64,000 nucleotides of DNA from an archaeon (GTDB taxonomy: Archaea > Methanobacteriota_B > Thermococci > Methanofastidiosales > NM3). Of this stretch, positions 38,282 to 49,132 are shown piece by piece; positions within the stretch are counted from its first letter, which is position 1, and every line of letters begins with the position of its first letter. The stretch is from NCBI GenBank assembly GCA_004212155.1, contig RXIG01000024.1, forward strand, positions 1 to 64,000, written 5' to 3'. The notes under the pieces are model-generated. The model saw only the letters and a program-made list of their open reading frames with translations, ran no database searches and was not told the origin of the DNA. The translations under genes and the position numbers were made by a program.

Positions 38282-39460
38282 CTAATCGATCAGGTACTCT
38301 TCCTGTATCCGGGAGATGAGCGTGCAGATGATCATCGCGACGCCTATGATGATAAGCGTTCGTGGAAGTGACCATTCCACGAGAACCCCCACGACAGGAT
38401 AGATGACGGCCTGCACGATACTATTGAGCATCGATATGGTGGATATTACCGTTGCCCGATTGTGTGACTCGATATGTTTGTTGAAATAACTCTGGAAGAG
38501 CACATACCTTGTAAGACCGAAGGCACAAATGATGAGAAGCAGGCTTATGACACCTGGCACCCAAGCAATGACCCCTAGCGCTACGAATCCTATGCCAGGT
38601 ATTATCGAGCTGACTGCGAGATATCTTCGTTTGGAGCCGACAAGGCGCTCCAAGCGTTCTAAGTTGTTCATGACAAGTATTTGCGCCCCTGTCATTGCGG
38701 CATTTATGAATCCAAAGAAGATGATTGCTACACCAAGGGACTGCAGGAGCGGTTGGTAGGTCCAAATGATGAAGAATGAAAGAGAGCCTATAGATACCGC
38801 ATCGAACGCAAGGATCTGGAGAATCCGATGGTGCCTGAAATATTGGATCCCATCCTTTACCATGGAAAAATAGTTGCTACTCTGATCCTTGCGATGAATG
38901 GGTGGCTCGTCGAGGGTGAGCGTGATGAGAAACGCGATGAAGAAGGGGATAGACATGGCCAGCATCGCAAATCGAAGCCCCAGAACCGAGGCGATGATGC
39001 TGCCTATCGGACTGCTGACCATGATAGCAGCCAACTCAACACTCCCGAATCGCCCGAAGATGAATTTTGAACGATGTTCCTCCCCCATTTCTCTGAGGGT
39101 GTCGTAAACGAACGCCTCGGCAGCGCCAGAAAGCAGAGCCCCGCCCAACGCCCATAGGAACTCGCCAATGGCAAAGACAAAGATCGAGGGATACGATGCG
39201 TAGACGGCAGTTGCTGCAGAGAGCGAGAGGGCTCCGAACAGGAGCGACGTCTTTCTGCCGAACGAATCCGCTATTGCACCGGTAGGCACCTCGAGGATGA
39301 AGATCGATATGACAAAAAACGACTGAAGAAGCATGATCTGGCTGTAGCGTATGCCACCCCAGTCGAGGAAGAACGGGACGAGCACCCCGCCTATGAAATG
39401 GAGGCTGAGGAAGAATCGCAATGCGTACATCTTCCGAATGTTGGCACTATACGCTGACAC
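38282..39460 (-). CDS. MFS transporter
   Basis: EVPTGAIADSFGRK motif A; ~12 TM helices. Confidence 0.92.
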   Translation of the reverse strand: MSAYSANIRKMYALRFFLSLHFIGGVLVPFFLDWGGIRYSQIMLLQSFFVISIFILEVPTGAIADSFGRKTSLLFGALSLSAATAVYASYPSIFVFAIGEFLWALGGALLSGAAEAFVYDTLREMGEEHRSKFIFGRFGSVELAAIMVSSPIGSIIASVLGLRFAMLAMSIPFFIAFLITLTLDEPPIHRKDQSSNYFSMVKDGIQYFRHHRILQILAFDAVSIGSLSFFIIWTYQPLLQSLGVAIIFFGFINAAMTGAQILVMNNLERLERLVGSKRRYLAVSSIIPGIGFVALGVIAWVPGVISLLLIICAFGLTRYVLFQSYFNKHIESHNRATVISTISMLNSIVQAVIYPVVGVLVEWSLPRTLIIIGVAMIICTLISRIQEEYLID

Positions 39461-39597
39461 GGTGATGTGGAGTAAAAATAGAAAATAAATAATTATTGAC
39501 GAGGGGGCCGCTCATCAAGGAAAAACTATGATTCCCATGCTGATCACACTATCAAAAATATAGCTTCATTACATCTTGAAGTTTATATTAGAATGAA

Positions 39598-40779
39598 TCA
39601 AGGCTCCTTGGACAATGCGGGGATGGGGGCTCCCCTCGCTTCATTGGTGCATACACCGTTTGTGAAGAATCTTTTGCCACGCACCCATGTCTCGACGACG
39701 CGTGCCTCGACCTCCATGCCAGAAAAGGGCGAGTGCTTCGCCTTAGAATGGAATGTCGTCGGGTCAATAGCATAGGTCTCGCTCGTATCGACGATTGAGA
39801 AGTCCGCTCGTCCGCCGATGCCGAATCCGAATTCGAAGCCGTGCGAACGCAATATGCGCTTTGGATTCTCATGCATTACAGCGTAGAATTGCTTGAACGA
39901 GATCTCGCCACGCACGAGCGCAGTCACCATCAAAGGAAGCATGGTCTCGACCCCGGAGATGCCAAAGGCGCCGTGTTCCTTCTCCTCGAGCGTATGGGGC
40001 GCATGGTCGCTTGCGACGATGTCGATTGTCGTGCCAAGCGCTGCCCAGAGAGCATCCCTGTCGTTGACGTTGCCAAGCGGCGGCTTGACGGTATAACCCC
40101 CAGAGAGGAAAAGATGGTGGGGCGTTGCCTCGCACGTGATGCGCTCATCCTTGTGGCGGGCGATGAGCTCGACCTCCTCCCTGCGGGAAACGTGGCATAT
40201 GTGGAGTGGCGTCTCGTAGCGCTTCGAGTACTTGATCGCCTCCCGCATGCCCTCAATGTCGGCATGGATGGCAACGGGTTTTCTCAACATGAAGACGTTC
40301 TCAAGCAGCCCCTTCTCGAGAACGTATGAACCAGTGGTCTCTCCAAGGAAGACCTTGATGAAGAACGGGTCGACACTAGCCGCCTGGCTGAGCGAATATT
40401 TGTCGTCGACACAGAAGTTCAGGACAAAATCGCATGCCGCATCATGGGACATGAGCTCCAGCCGGCGCTCGTACGTCTCACGATCCGCCACCGGGGGCAC
40501 GGTGTTTGGCATGTCGGCCACGGCGCAGATGCCCCCTGCAAGCGCCGCGCGCGTCCCTGAGGAAACGGTCTCCTTCTGGAGCTGCTCGAAGTCGCGCAGA
40601 TGGACGTGCAGGTCGACAGGCGACGGAATGAGCAGCCGCGTCGGTGATGCGTGGGCCCCGTCCGTATAGGTGATCGAGTCAATGCGCTCCCCCTCGAACC
40701 CGATGGTGACGGGAAAGAGCCCGCGGCCTGTGGCAATATTTATATTGAACTGGGGCATATGACCACTATAGGCAGCCAT
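39598..40779 (-). CDS. pyrC: Dihydroorotase
   Basis: DLHVHLRD, DMPNT.P, HICHVS, TPHHL, KPPL, SDHAPH; divergent from pyrBI. Confidence 0.9.
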   Translation of the reverse strand: MAAYSGHMPQFNINIATGRGLFPVTIGFEGERIDSITYTDGAHASPTRLLIPSPVDLHVHLRDFEQLQKETVSSGTRAALAGGICAVADMPNTVPPVADRETYERRLELMSHDAACDFVLNFCVDDKYSLSQAASVDPFFIKVFLGETTGSYVLEKGLLENVFMLRKPVAIHADIEGMREAIKYSKRYETPLHICHVSRREEVELIARHKDERITCEATPHHLFLSGGYTVKPPLGNVNDRDALWAALGTTIDIVASDHAPHTLEEKEHGAFGISGVETMLPLMVTALVRGEISFKQFYAVMHENPKRILRSHGFEFGFGIGGRADFSIVDTSETYAIDPTTFHSKAKHSPFSGMEVEARVVETWVRGKRFFTNGVCTNEARGAPIPALSKEP

Positions 40780-40804
40780 CTATAAAAGGTCGTTGCCTAG
40801 GTGA

Positions 40805-42173
<1,369 letters not shown>

Positions 42174-42177
<4 letters not shown>

Positions 42178-43034
42178 TACGCAAAAGTGTAGCAGCAGGG
42201 GGATTCTACCCCTATGACCCCACGCTTCTGAAGCGTGAACTGACATCGTTTTTCGAAATTAACGGTTCGCAGGACATAAGCGTCAATCGAAGCGACGACA
42301 TCGTGTGCGGTGTCTGCCCACATGCGGGATACACCTATTCGGGCAAGACCGCTTCGATGTTCTATAAGGAGCTTGCCGATGCGATGCCGAACAGATTCAT
42401 CCTCGTCGGTCCCAACCACTACGGCCTCGGGCCAAGGGTCGCGGTGATGGATGAGGGATCATGGGAGACGCCGCTTGGCCAGATGCCGGTCGACACCGAA
42501 CTCGCCTCGGCCATCCTTGACGAATCGGACTACCTCTCGCCGGACGAACACGCACACCGACAAGAACACTCCATCGAGGTGCAGCTCCCGTTCCTCCAGT
42601 ATCTGCGAGACGATATCTCGTTCGTCCCCATCTCGATGAACACGCAGGATCTTGACTCGGCAATAGAGGTTGCCCAGGCGATAAAGAACAGCGTTGAGGG
42701 TAACGTTGGCGTCATAGCCTCAAGCGACCTGGTCCACTATGGCGCATCGTTTGGATACAAGCCCGTTCGCGGAAGCGACAGCGAGATAATCGAATGGATC
42801 GAGCGAAACGACCGGCAGGTACTCACCATGATCGTCGAAAAGGACGTCGACGGGCTCTACGACTTCATATCAGGCCTCAACTACACGATGTGCGGGTACG
42901 GACCTTCGGCCGTTACGATGATCCTGGCCTCAAACTTCGGTCTCGACGGCACGGTGCTCGACTATACGAACTCGTACACACACTCGAAAAACACCGATCT
43001 CGTTGTCGGTTACGGCTCTGTGATCTTCAGGTGA
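42174..43034 (+). CDS. MEMO1 family protein (AmmeMemoRadiSAM protein B)
   Basis: AG.FYP, PHAGY.YSG, GPNH, EHSIEVQLPFLQ, SSDLVHY, MCGYGP. Confidence 0.93.
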
Positions 43035-43242
43035 CGCCCCTCCCCAAGGAAGATTCCGTGTGCGATTCGCTTGATGGGAAAATCTTTTCAAAACTATTTT
43101 AATTTTCTAATTTTTTTTCATTCTTTCATAACGATAAAATAAATTTTTGAACGATAAAAAAAAGAATAATATACTCCTAAAATCACGAAATAAAAAGATT
43201 TATATGTGTTATTTGCACATCACTTGTAAGGGGGGTGGTAGC

Positions 43243-44463
43243 GTGTCAACGACCACGTTCGAGATCAATCCGGCGACCCGTATAGAGGGTCACGCGAAGA
43301 TCGTCCTTGAAACGAATGAAGAGGATATCATAGAAAACGCTTACTTCATGTCCACCAGCATGGTGCGTGGATTCGAATATCTCGTGAGAGGGAGGCACTA
43401 TAACTTTGCAACATTGGTGACGCAGCGCATCTGCGGCATCTGCCCCATTCCGCATGGGCTTGCGTCAGCAGAGGCGATCGAGGATGCCATGGGCGTCACG
43501 CCTCCTCGAAACGCCATGTTGCTTCGCGAACTTCTCCTGCTGGCAAACAAGATACAAAGCCACGCTCTGCACCAATACCTCATCCTTCCCGACCTTCCGG
43601 CCGACGAAGCGGTGCGTGCGGAGATGACAGAAAGGATACAGGAGATACGAAGGCTCAGCCAGAAGATCGTCGATACGGTCGGAGGCGAGGCGATCCATCC
43701 CTCGAACATCGAGGTCGGCGGCATGCGGGCGCCGATCACCGCCTATGCGGCAGCCATGCTCTACCGGGTGCTTCGCAAGTGCGAACGGCTCGTGAAGATA
43801 CAACGAGACGACATGATGGCGCTCCTCGAAAAGATGTCTGAGGAGTCAGAGCATCCCATGGGGCGGTATCGAGAGGCGATGCTTGCCACGGACATGACGT
43901 ATGGCAACAGGGAACGATTCGACCTGTCAGCAATCACCGAGATCACCCCGTACCGATTCTACCAGGAGCATGAACCCGGAAAGGAGACCCACATCATGAT
44001 CCCACTCTACTACGGCGAGACCGTCGAGGTGGGCCCGCGTGCACGATTCTCCCACTTCAAGGGATTTCGTGGCGAGACGCCCATCGACATCAACATCGCC
44101 CGGGCGCGTGAGATGATGATCATGGTCTATCGTGCCGTGGAGATACTCGATGACCTGTCTCCCACTGCGCCGACAAGAGCAGACGTCGTCGTGAGGAAGG
44201 GCAGCGGCATCGGCGTCGTCGAGGCACCGCGCGGAACGAACGCACACATGGTCTCGGTCGATGACAGCGGCACTATCACCGCCTACAACATGATCGTCCC
44301 CACGACCTGGAACATGCCCACCGTTGAGAGGGCGCTTCGCGGCAATCACCATTCGCTTGCCGAGTTCATCGTCAGGTCCTACGACCCGTGCGTCGAATGC
44401 GCCACGCACTGCATCGAGGTGCGCGACCTTGATGGCAACGTCACGGAAAGGAGGATGATGTAG
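43243..44463 (+). CDS. frhA: F420-reducing-type [NiFe] hydrogenase large subunit (group 3a)
   Basis: RIEGH, RICGICPIPH (L1), EAPRG, DPCVECATH (L2) plus C-terminal extension; 406 aa from the GTG. Confidence 0.9.
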   Translation: MSTTTFEINPATRIEGHAKIVLETNEEDIIENAYFMSTSMVRGFEYLVRGRHYNFATLVTQRICGICPIPHGLASAEAIEDAMGVTPPRNAMLLRELLLLANKIQSHALHQYLILPDLPADEAVRAEMTERIQEIRRLSQKIVDTVGGEAIHPSNIEVGGMRAPITAYAAAMLYRVLRKCERLVKIQRDDMMALLEKMSEESEHPMGRYREAMLATDMTYGNRERFDLSAITEITPYRFYQEHEPGKETHIMIPLYYGETVEVGPRARFSHFKGFRGETPIDINIARAREMMIMVYRAVEILDDLSPTAPTRADVVVRKGSGIGVVEAPRGTNAHMVSVDDSGTITAYNMIVPTTWNMPTVERALRGNHHSLAEFIVRSYDPCVECATHCIEVRDLDGNVTERRMM

Positions 44464-44922
44464 ATGGCAGCAACGGTCATCGTGGGCTGCGGCAATCTGC
44501 TACGGGGCGACGACGGATTCGGCTGCCTCGTGGCGCAGCGGCTCGCCTCCATGCTCTCTCCAAGGCGCGACATCGAGATCGTCGATGCGGGAAGTGCCGC
44601 CGGGCAGTATATCAATCTTCTCTCAAGCAAGGACGACCCTCCATCGCTCATCGTGATCGACGCAGGCATGTTCGGTGCCCGGCGCGGCGAGCTCCGCCTC
44701 TTCACGCCAGATGAACTTGGTGCCGATGCGTGCGGACACTCGCTACACGGCTGGCCCCTTCAGACAGAGATTGCTCGCTATCCCGGCGCCGCAAAGGCCC
44801 TTCTCTGCCAGGTTGACGACGATGGAACGAAGGACATGAGCCTGGATGTGAGCTCCGATGTGCGCGACGCCGTGGCGCAAGCATGCACGATGGTGTGCCA
44901 GTTGACGGAGGTGCGCGCATGA
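44464..44922 (+). CDS. frhD: Hydrogenase maturation protease
   Basis: GCGNLLRGDDGFG, DAG, IDA, SLH. Confidence 0.9.
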   Translation: MAATVIVGCGNLLRGDDGFGCLVAQRLASMLSPRRDIEIVDAGSAAGQYINLLSSKDDPPSLIVIDAGMFGARRGELRLFTPDELGADACGHSLHGWPLQTEIARYPGAAKALLCQVDDDGTKDMSLDVSSDVRDAVAQACTMVCQLTEVRA

Positions 44923-46472
44923 GCAAGCCGGTCGTCGTATGGGTGGAACTTGCCGCCTGCAGCGGATGCAGCGTCTCGTTCTTGGACAATCACGACTCGG
45001 TCGGCCGCATACTCGAAGCCATCGACCTCAGGTACGACACGCTCATTATCGACGGACGCGACATACCCGACCATATCGACCTTGCCATCGTCGAGGGCGG
45101 GGTCGCGATCACCGACAAGCAAATAGAGCTCGTGCGCTGCATCAGGAGGCGCTCGGACGTCGTCGTGGCCATGGGCGCGTGTGCCGAGACAGGGGGCGTG
45201 CTCAACTACGCCGAGGGCAATCAGATGCCGATGCCCGAGCTTGATGCCTATCTTCCCCTGCACGACCTGATCGAGGTCGACTACGTGCTGCCCGGATGCC
45301 CACCGGCGTCGGAGGCCATCGCCAAGTTCTTCGAGGCGTATCTCGACAAGGACTGGGCATACCTTGCACCATACAACACCATCAAGGGGAAGAGCGAGGG
45401 GAAGATACGCGACATCGTGAAGATGGGGCTTTGCGTCTCCTGCGGACTGTGCGGCGCGACGTGCCCGACAAACGCTATACGATTCGTCGAGGGCAAGCCG
45501 GTGATACGCGACGAGCGCTGCATCATCTGCGGCGAATGCTACTTCCAGTGCCCCCGTTCGTTCCTGCGGCTCGAAGAGCGCGACCCCGGCACGCCAAACG
45601 GGTCGGTGGGCCCCTATCTCGAGGCATACCAGATGCGCACCACCAGCTCAACGCTTCGCCGCGCCGCACAGTCGGGCGGCATCGTCACCACACTGTTCAC
45701 CTATGCGCTTGACAACAATCTCATCGACGGCGTCATCGCCGCCAAGAAGAGCGAGGAGAGCGTATGGATGGGCGATCCCTACATCGCGACGACGCCCGAG
45801 GAGCTCCTTGCCACCACGGGCACGAAGTATTCGGTCTGCCCGACACTCAACTACCTGCGCGATGCGGTGACGACCCACGGCCTGGGGAAGCTTGGCATCG
45901 TCGGACTGCCATGCCAGCACGAGGCGCTCAAGAAGCTCGATGACTATCCGCTCGGACTGCGCCACATATCCGATAAGATCGCGCTCAAGGTCGGCCTCTT
46001 CTGCACATCGAACTTCAGGTACAATGCCATGACAAAGATGGTTGAGGAGGTGGGCGGCGTTCGCCCGGAGGACATACGCAAGATCGACATCGGCGCGGGA
46101 AGCTTCAACATCAGCGCCCTCACGGGCGAACTCATCAAGATCCCCCTTGACGTAGTGCACAACTACGAGCAGGAGTCGTGCAAGATCTGCCCCGACTTCA
46201 CATCGGAGTATGCCGACATCTCGGTGGGCTCAATCGGCGCCGATGAGCACTGGTCGACCGTCTTCGTGCGCACGCAGCGGGGCAAGGAGATCCTCGACGG
46301 CGCGGTCGAGAACGGCTACATCGATTCGCGTGAGCTGCCGGAAAACGCGCTCAAGCTCGTCGGAAAGATCGCGGCATCGAAGCGAAAGAAGGGTGCACGA
46401 TACCTTGCAACGAGGAAGGACTACGGCCTGCTCATCCCGTTCAGGTATGTCGAGACCGATAGTTCAACATGA
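44919..46472 (+). CDS. Fused FrhG (small subunit + ferredoxin) - FrhB (F420/FAD-binding) subunit
   Basis: CSGC, GACA..GG, PGCPP, two CxxCxxCxxxCP motifs, then SGGIVT, GTKY, GLPC, GLFC, CKICPDF, ADISVGS in one 517-aa frame. Confidence 0.9.
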   Translation: MSKPVVVWVELAACSGCSVSFLDNHDSVGRILEAIDLRYDTLIIDGRDIPDHIDLAIVEGGVAITDKQIELVRCIRRRSDVVVAMGACAETGGVLNYAEGNQMPMPELDAYLPLHDLIEVDYVLPGCPPASEAIAKFFEAYLDKDWAYLAPYNTIKGKSEGKIRDIVKMGLCVSCGLCGATCPTNAIRFVEGKPVIRDERCIICGECYFQCPRSFLRLEERDPGTPNGSVGPYLEAYQMRTTSSTLRRAAQSGGIVTTLFTYALDNNLIDGVIAAKKSEESVWMGDPYIATTPEELLATTGTKYSVCPTLNYLRDAVTTHGLGKLGIVGLPCQHEALKKLDDYPLGLRHISDKIALKVGLFCTSNFRYNAMTKMVEEVGGVRPEDIRKIDIGAGSFNISALTGELIKIPLDVVHNYEQESCKICPDFTSEYADISVGSIGADEHWSTVFVRTQRGKEILDGAVENGYIDSRELPENALKLVGKIAASKRKKGARYLATRKDYGLLIPFRYVETDSST

Positions 46473-46544
46473 ATGTCGATAAGCGCTACGACAGATGGCA
46501 TAACTATATATAGATGTCAATCATAGGAAAATAGGGGAAGGGTT

Positions 46545-47075
46545 TTGAATAACATATGGGGGAGTTCGTACAAGGAGCTTGTCCTGAAGGAGCTGCGTAA
46601 CAACTGCCGGCGGAGCGACAGGGACATATCGAAGGCGATCAAGGTCCATCCGTCCACTGTCGGCCGCATACGCAACACGCTCGAGGAAGAGGGCAAGATA
46701 TTCGGTTACACTGTATGCCGCGACTACTTGAAGGCAAACTACAACATGATGTTGATCTGCCTCAAGACATCGACCGTCGATGAGGCGTTCTATCACAAGA
46801 TACGCGACATCCTCGAGCAGAGCGAACCCGACATCGGCGAGCGCGAGCCTGACACCACCAAGGAGATCATACTCATCGACTTTTACGAATGCGTCGGGAA
46901 GTACGACTTCATGCTCACCGTCGCATCGAAAGAGGCGCTCTCGCTCAAGCGGTTCATCAACGAGATGAAGCGCCAGCTCGATGGATGGCTCGAGGCGGAT
47001 ATCGAACTTATCAACATCGCGTCGATCTTCAAGAAGAACGAGATACTCAATCCGTACAAGGTCTCGACACGCTAG
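46545..47075 (+). CDS. Lrp/AsnC family transcriptional regulator
   Basis: HTH SDRDISKAIKVHPSTVGRIR..LEEEG.I.GYT; GKYDF. Confidence 0.85.
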   Translation: MNNIWGSSYKELVLKELRNNCRRSDRDISKAIKVHPSTVGRIRNTLEEEGKIFGYTVCRDYLKANYNMMLICLKTSTVDEAFYHKIRDILEQSEPDIGEREPDTTKEIILIDFYECVGKYDFMLTVASKEALSLKRFINEMKRQLDGWLEADIELINIASIFKKNEILNPYKVSTR

Positions 47076-47086
47076 GAAGGATGCAC

Positions 47087-47317
47087 ATGGACTACAGGCT
47101 GATCTTTACGTTCCTATGGATAATTTTCATCTTGCTGTTTTCAAGCCTTGCCATGAGGAGTGGCAGGCAGTACCAACGAACGGGCAGATGGGGGTGGCTT
47201 CATCCTCCGAGCTCGCTTTCGCATATGTACAAGGAGATCGCGCAGTACTTCGTTTGGTTTGGGTTCGTTGCGCCGCTGCTTGTTATCATCCTGCTCGCCG
47301 TCATCACGTACGGTTGA
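47087..47317 (+). CDS. Small two-TM membrane protein
   Basis: Two hydrophobic segments; GGAAGG RBS-like sequence. Confidence 0.55.
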   Translation: MDYRLIFTFLWIIFILLFSSLAMRSGRQYQRTGRWGWLHPPSSLSHMYKEIAQYFVWFGFVAPLLVIILLAVITYG

Positions 47318-47353
47318 CGGTGCATGGAGATAGATAAAAAAAGAGGGAAATGG

Positions 47354-47935
47354 CTAAGTGCCGTCCCCGATTTTTGATGCCAAAGCGACGATACGCTTGC
47401 CAAGCGCATACGCTTCTTCGATCGATTCCACATTCTCTGCAGCCTCGCCCATCTCGTCCGCATAGACCATGAGCCCGAGGCCGGGTATGCCGCCGATACT
47501 GGTCAGCACCGCCTTGTTGGTAAGGAGAAATCCGCTGATAGAGGCGAGCGTGGGGAAGTGTCCCCACTTCCAGGCGACCGCCACGGCCGCGCCGACCTTT
47601 CCGTCAAACGTCTTTTCCTGATGCCAGAGCACGCGCTCGCGGTCGATGAGCGCCTTGAGCGGCGCCGCGATGTTGCCGAAGTAGACGGGCGAACCGATGA
47701 CTATCCCGTCCGCGTCCATCATCTTGTCGAAAATGAGCTCGGCATCATCATCGTAGGTGCACTCCTTGTGCTCGGCGCAGTACTCGCATGCCTTGCATGG
47801 ATGCACCGTCTTGTTGGCCATTGGGAGGAACTCTGTCGAGGCCCCCGATTCCTTTGCCGACTTCAAGACCTCCTTGATGATGAAGTCGGTGTTTCCGCCA
47901 GATCTGGGACTTGCGGATATGCCAAGTATATGCAT
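47354..47935 (-). CDS. Iron-sulfur flavoprotein (Isf)/flavodoxin family protein
   Basis: SPR.GGNT, CKACEYC....C, GSPVYFG. Confidence 0.9.
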   Translation of the reverse strand: MHILGISASPRSGGNTDFIIKEVLKSAKESGASTEFLPMANKTVHPCKACEYCAEHKECTYDDDAELIFDKMMDADGIVIGSPVYFGNIAAPLKALIDRERVLWHQEKTFDGKVGAAVAVAWKWGHFPTLASISGFLLTNKAVLTSIGGIPGLGLMVYADEMGEAAENVESIEEAYALGKRIVALASKIGDGT

Positions 47936-48194
47936 ATCATCACCACGAATTATTGTTTTTTTTTAGTATAAATAATTAACTAATAATTGTTTAAATCAAT
48001 AAATAAAAAATAAAACAAATTCATATTAAATTAGTACAAAATAATGAAACTTTAATTTAAAATAAAATAATATTAATATCATTAAAATAAATAATTTAAA
48101 TATTCTTAAATAAAATAATCAAATAAGTAATATAAAGATTCTTAATGAGTAAAGAACAATAAATTAATATATAATGAAGTTATAGGTAGATACC

Positions 48195-48629
48195 ATGAAT
48201 CACTATGCGATCGGGAAGGTCATCGACAATACGCTGTACCTTCCAAAGGACGTCCTCTCCATGATGGGGATCAACAAAGACGCTTATGTGCTTATCGAGG
48301 TTGACCGCCATGACAAGGAGGCGGTGGTGACGAGAATTGGCTCTGCCGACACCGAGCTCGTGGAGATGAATCTTATCCTGAAGAACATGCCCGGCACGAA
48401 CGCCAAGATAGACACGGTCCTTGGCGACGGTAACATCAACATCCTCTTCGGCGAGGGTGAGGCCATAGACGACGAAACCTATATCTCGATCAAGATGCTT
48501 GACATGAAGAGGTCGGACATGACGATCTCCGAACTCTGCACGAAGCTACGCGAGACGGGGGTCGTCTACGAGGTAGAGCTCAAACCGCTGGACAAGGCGA
48601 GCGCATGCCATCACGTCGAAGATTTCTAA
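48195..48629 (+). CDS. AbrB-like + ACT-like domain protein
   Basis: N-terminal LYLPKDVL..MGI swapped-hairpin motif; C-terminal KNMPG..AKI...L...INIL ACT-like motif. Confidence 0.6.
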   Translation: MNHYAIGKVIDNTLYLPKDVLSMMGINKDAYVLIEVDRHDKEAVVTRIGSADTELVEMNLILKNMPGTNAKIDTVLGDGNINILFGEGEAIDDETYISIKMLDMKRSDMTISELCTKLRETGVVYEVELKPLDKASACHHVEDF

Positions 48630-49126
48630 GGGACGAGCTCGAGGGCCTCAAGGAGAAGCTCTCCACCGAGCACGACGGCTGGCAGGAACTCAGGTTTCCC
48701 CGCAAGATGCAGGCACGGGAGATCATGGAGGAGCCACATCTCATCGATGACGACGCGACCATCAAGGATCTCCTCTACAAGATGAAGCTGCTCAATGCCA
48801 CGAACTTCATCGTCGTCGACGACGACGAGAAGGTACGGGGCATCGTCACCGAGAGCGATTTCCTCAAGATCGTTTCGCGCCCCTCGCTTCCCTCGGGCAT
48901 AGGCGGCGCCCATTCGGCCGACCTCTTCTTCCGCGCCTCTGAGGTGGTGCGCGACATCATGACCGAAGACCCCATCACAGTGCGCGAAGATGATTCCCTC
49001 GAAGAGGTAACGACGACGATGCGCAAGTTCAAGATCAGCCACGTGCCGGTGGTCGACAAGACTGAAAAGGTCTTGGGCATCATCAGCACAAAGGATGTCC
49101 TTACCGTACTGCGGCTACTCGGGTGA
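48605..49126 (+). CDS. CBS-pair protein
   Basis: AREIM, GIVTESD, VRDIMT..P, VPVVD, GIISTKD. Confidence 0.9.
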   Translation: MPSRRRFLRDELEGLKEKLSTEHDGWQELRFPRKMQAREIMEEPHLIDDDATIKDLLYKMKLLNATNFIVVDDDEKVRGIVTESDFLKIVSRPSLPSGIGGAHSADLFFRASEVVRDIMTEDPITVREDDSLEEVTTTMRKFKISHVPVVDKTEKVLGIISTKDVLTVLRLLG

Positions 49127-49132
49127 AGCGAC

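Noticed and set aside
43243-46472. Selenocysteine or pyrrolysine read-through in hydrogenase or methyltransferase genes
   Set aside because: All metal-ligand positions are Cys codons and the ORFs are full length, with no in-frame TGA/TAG interruptions
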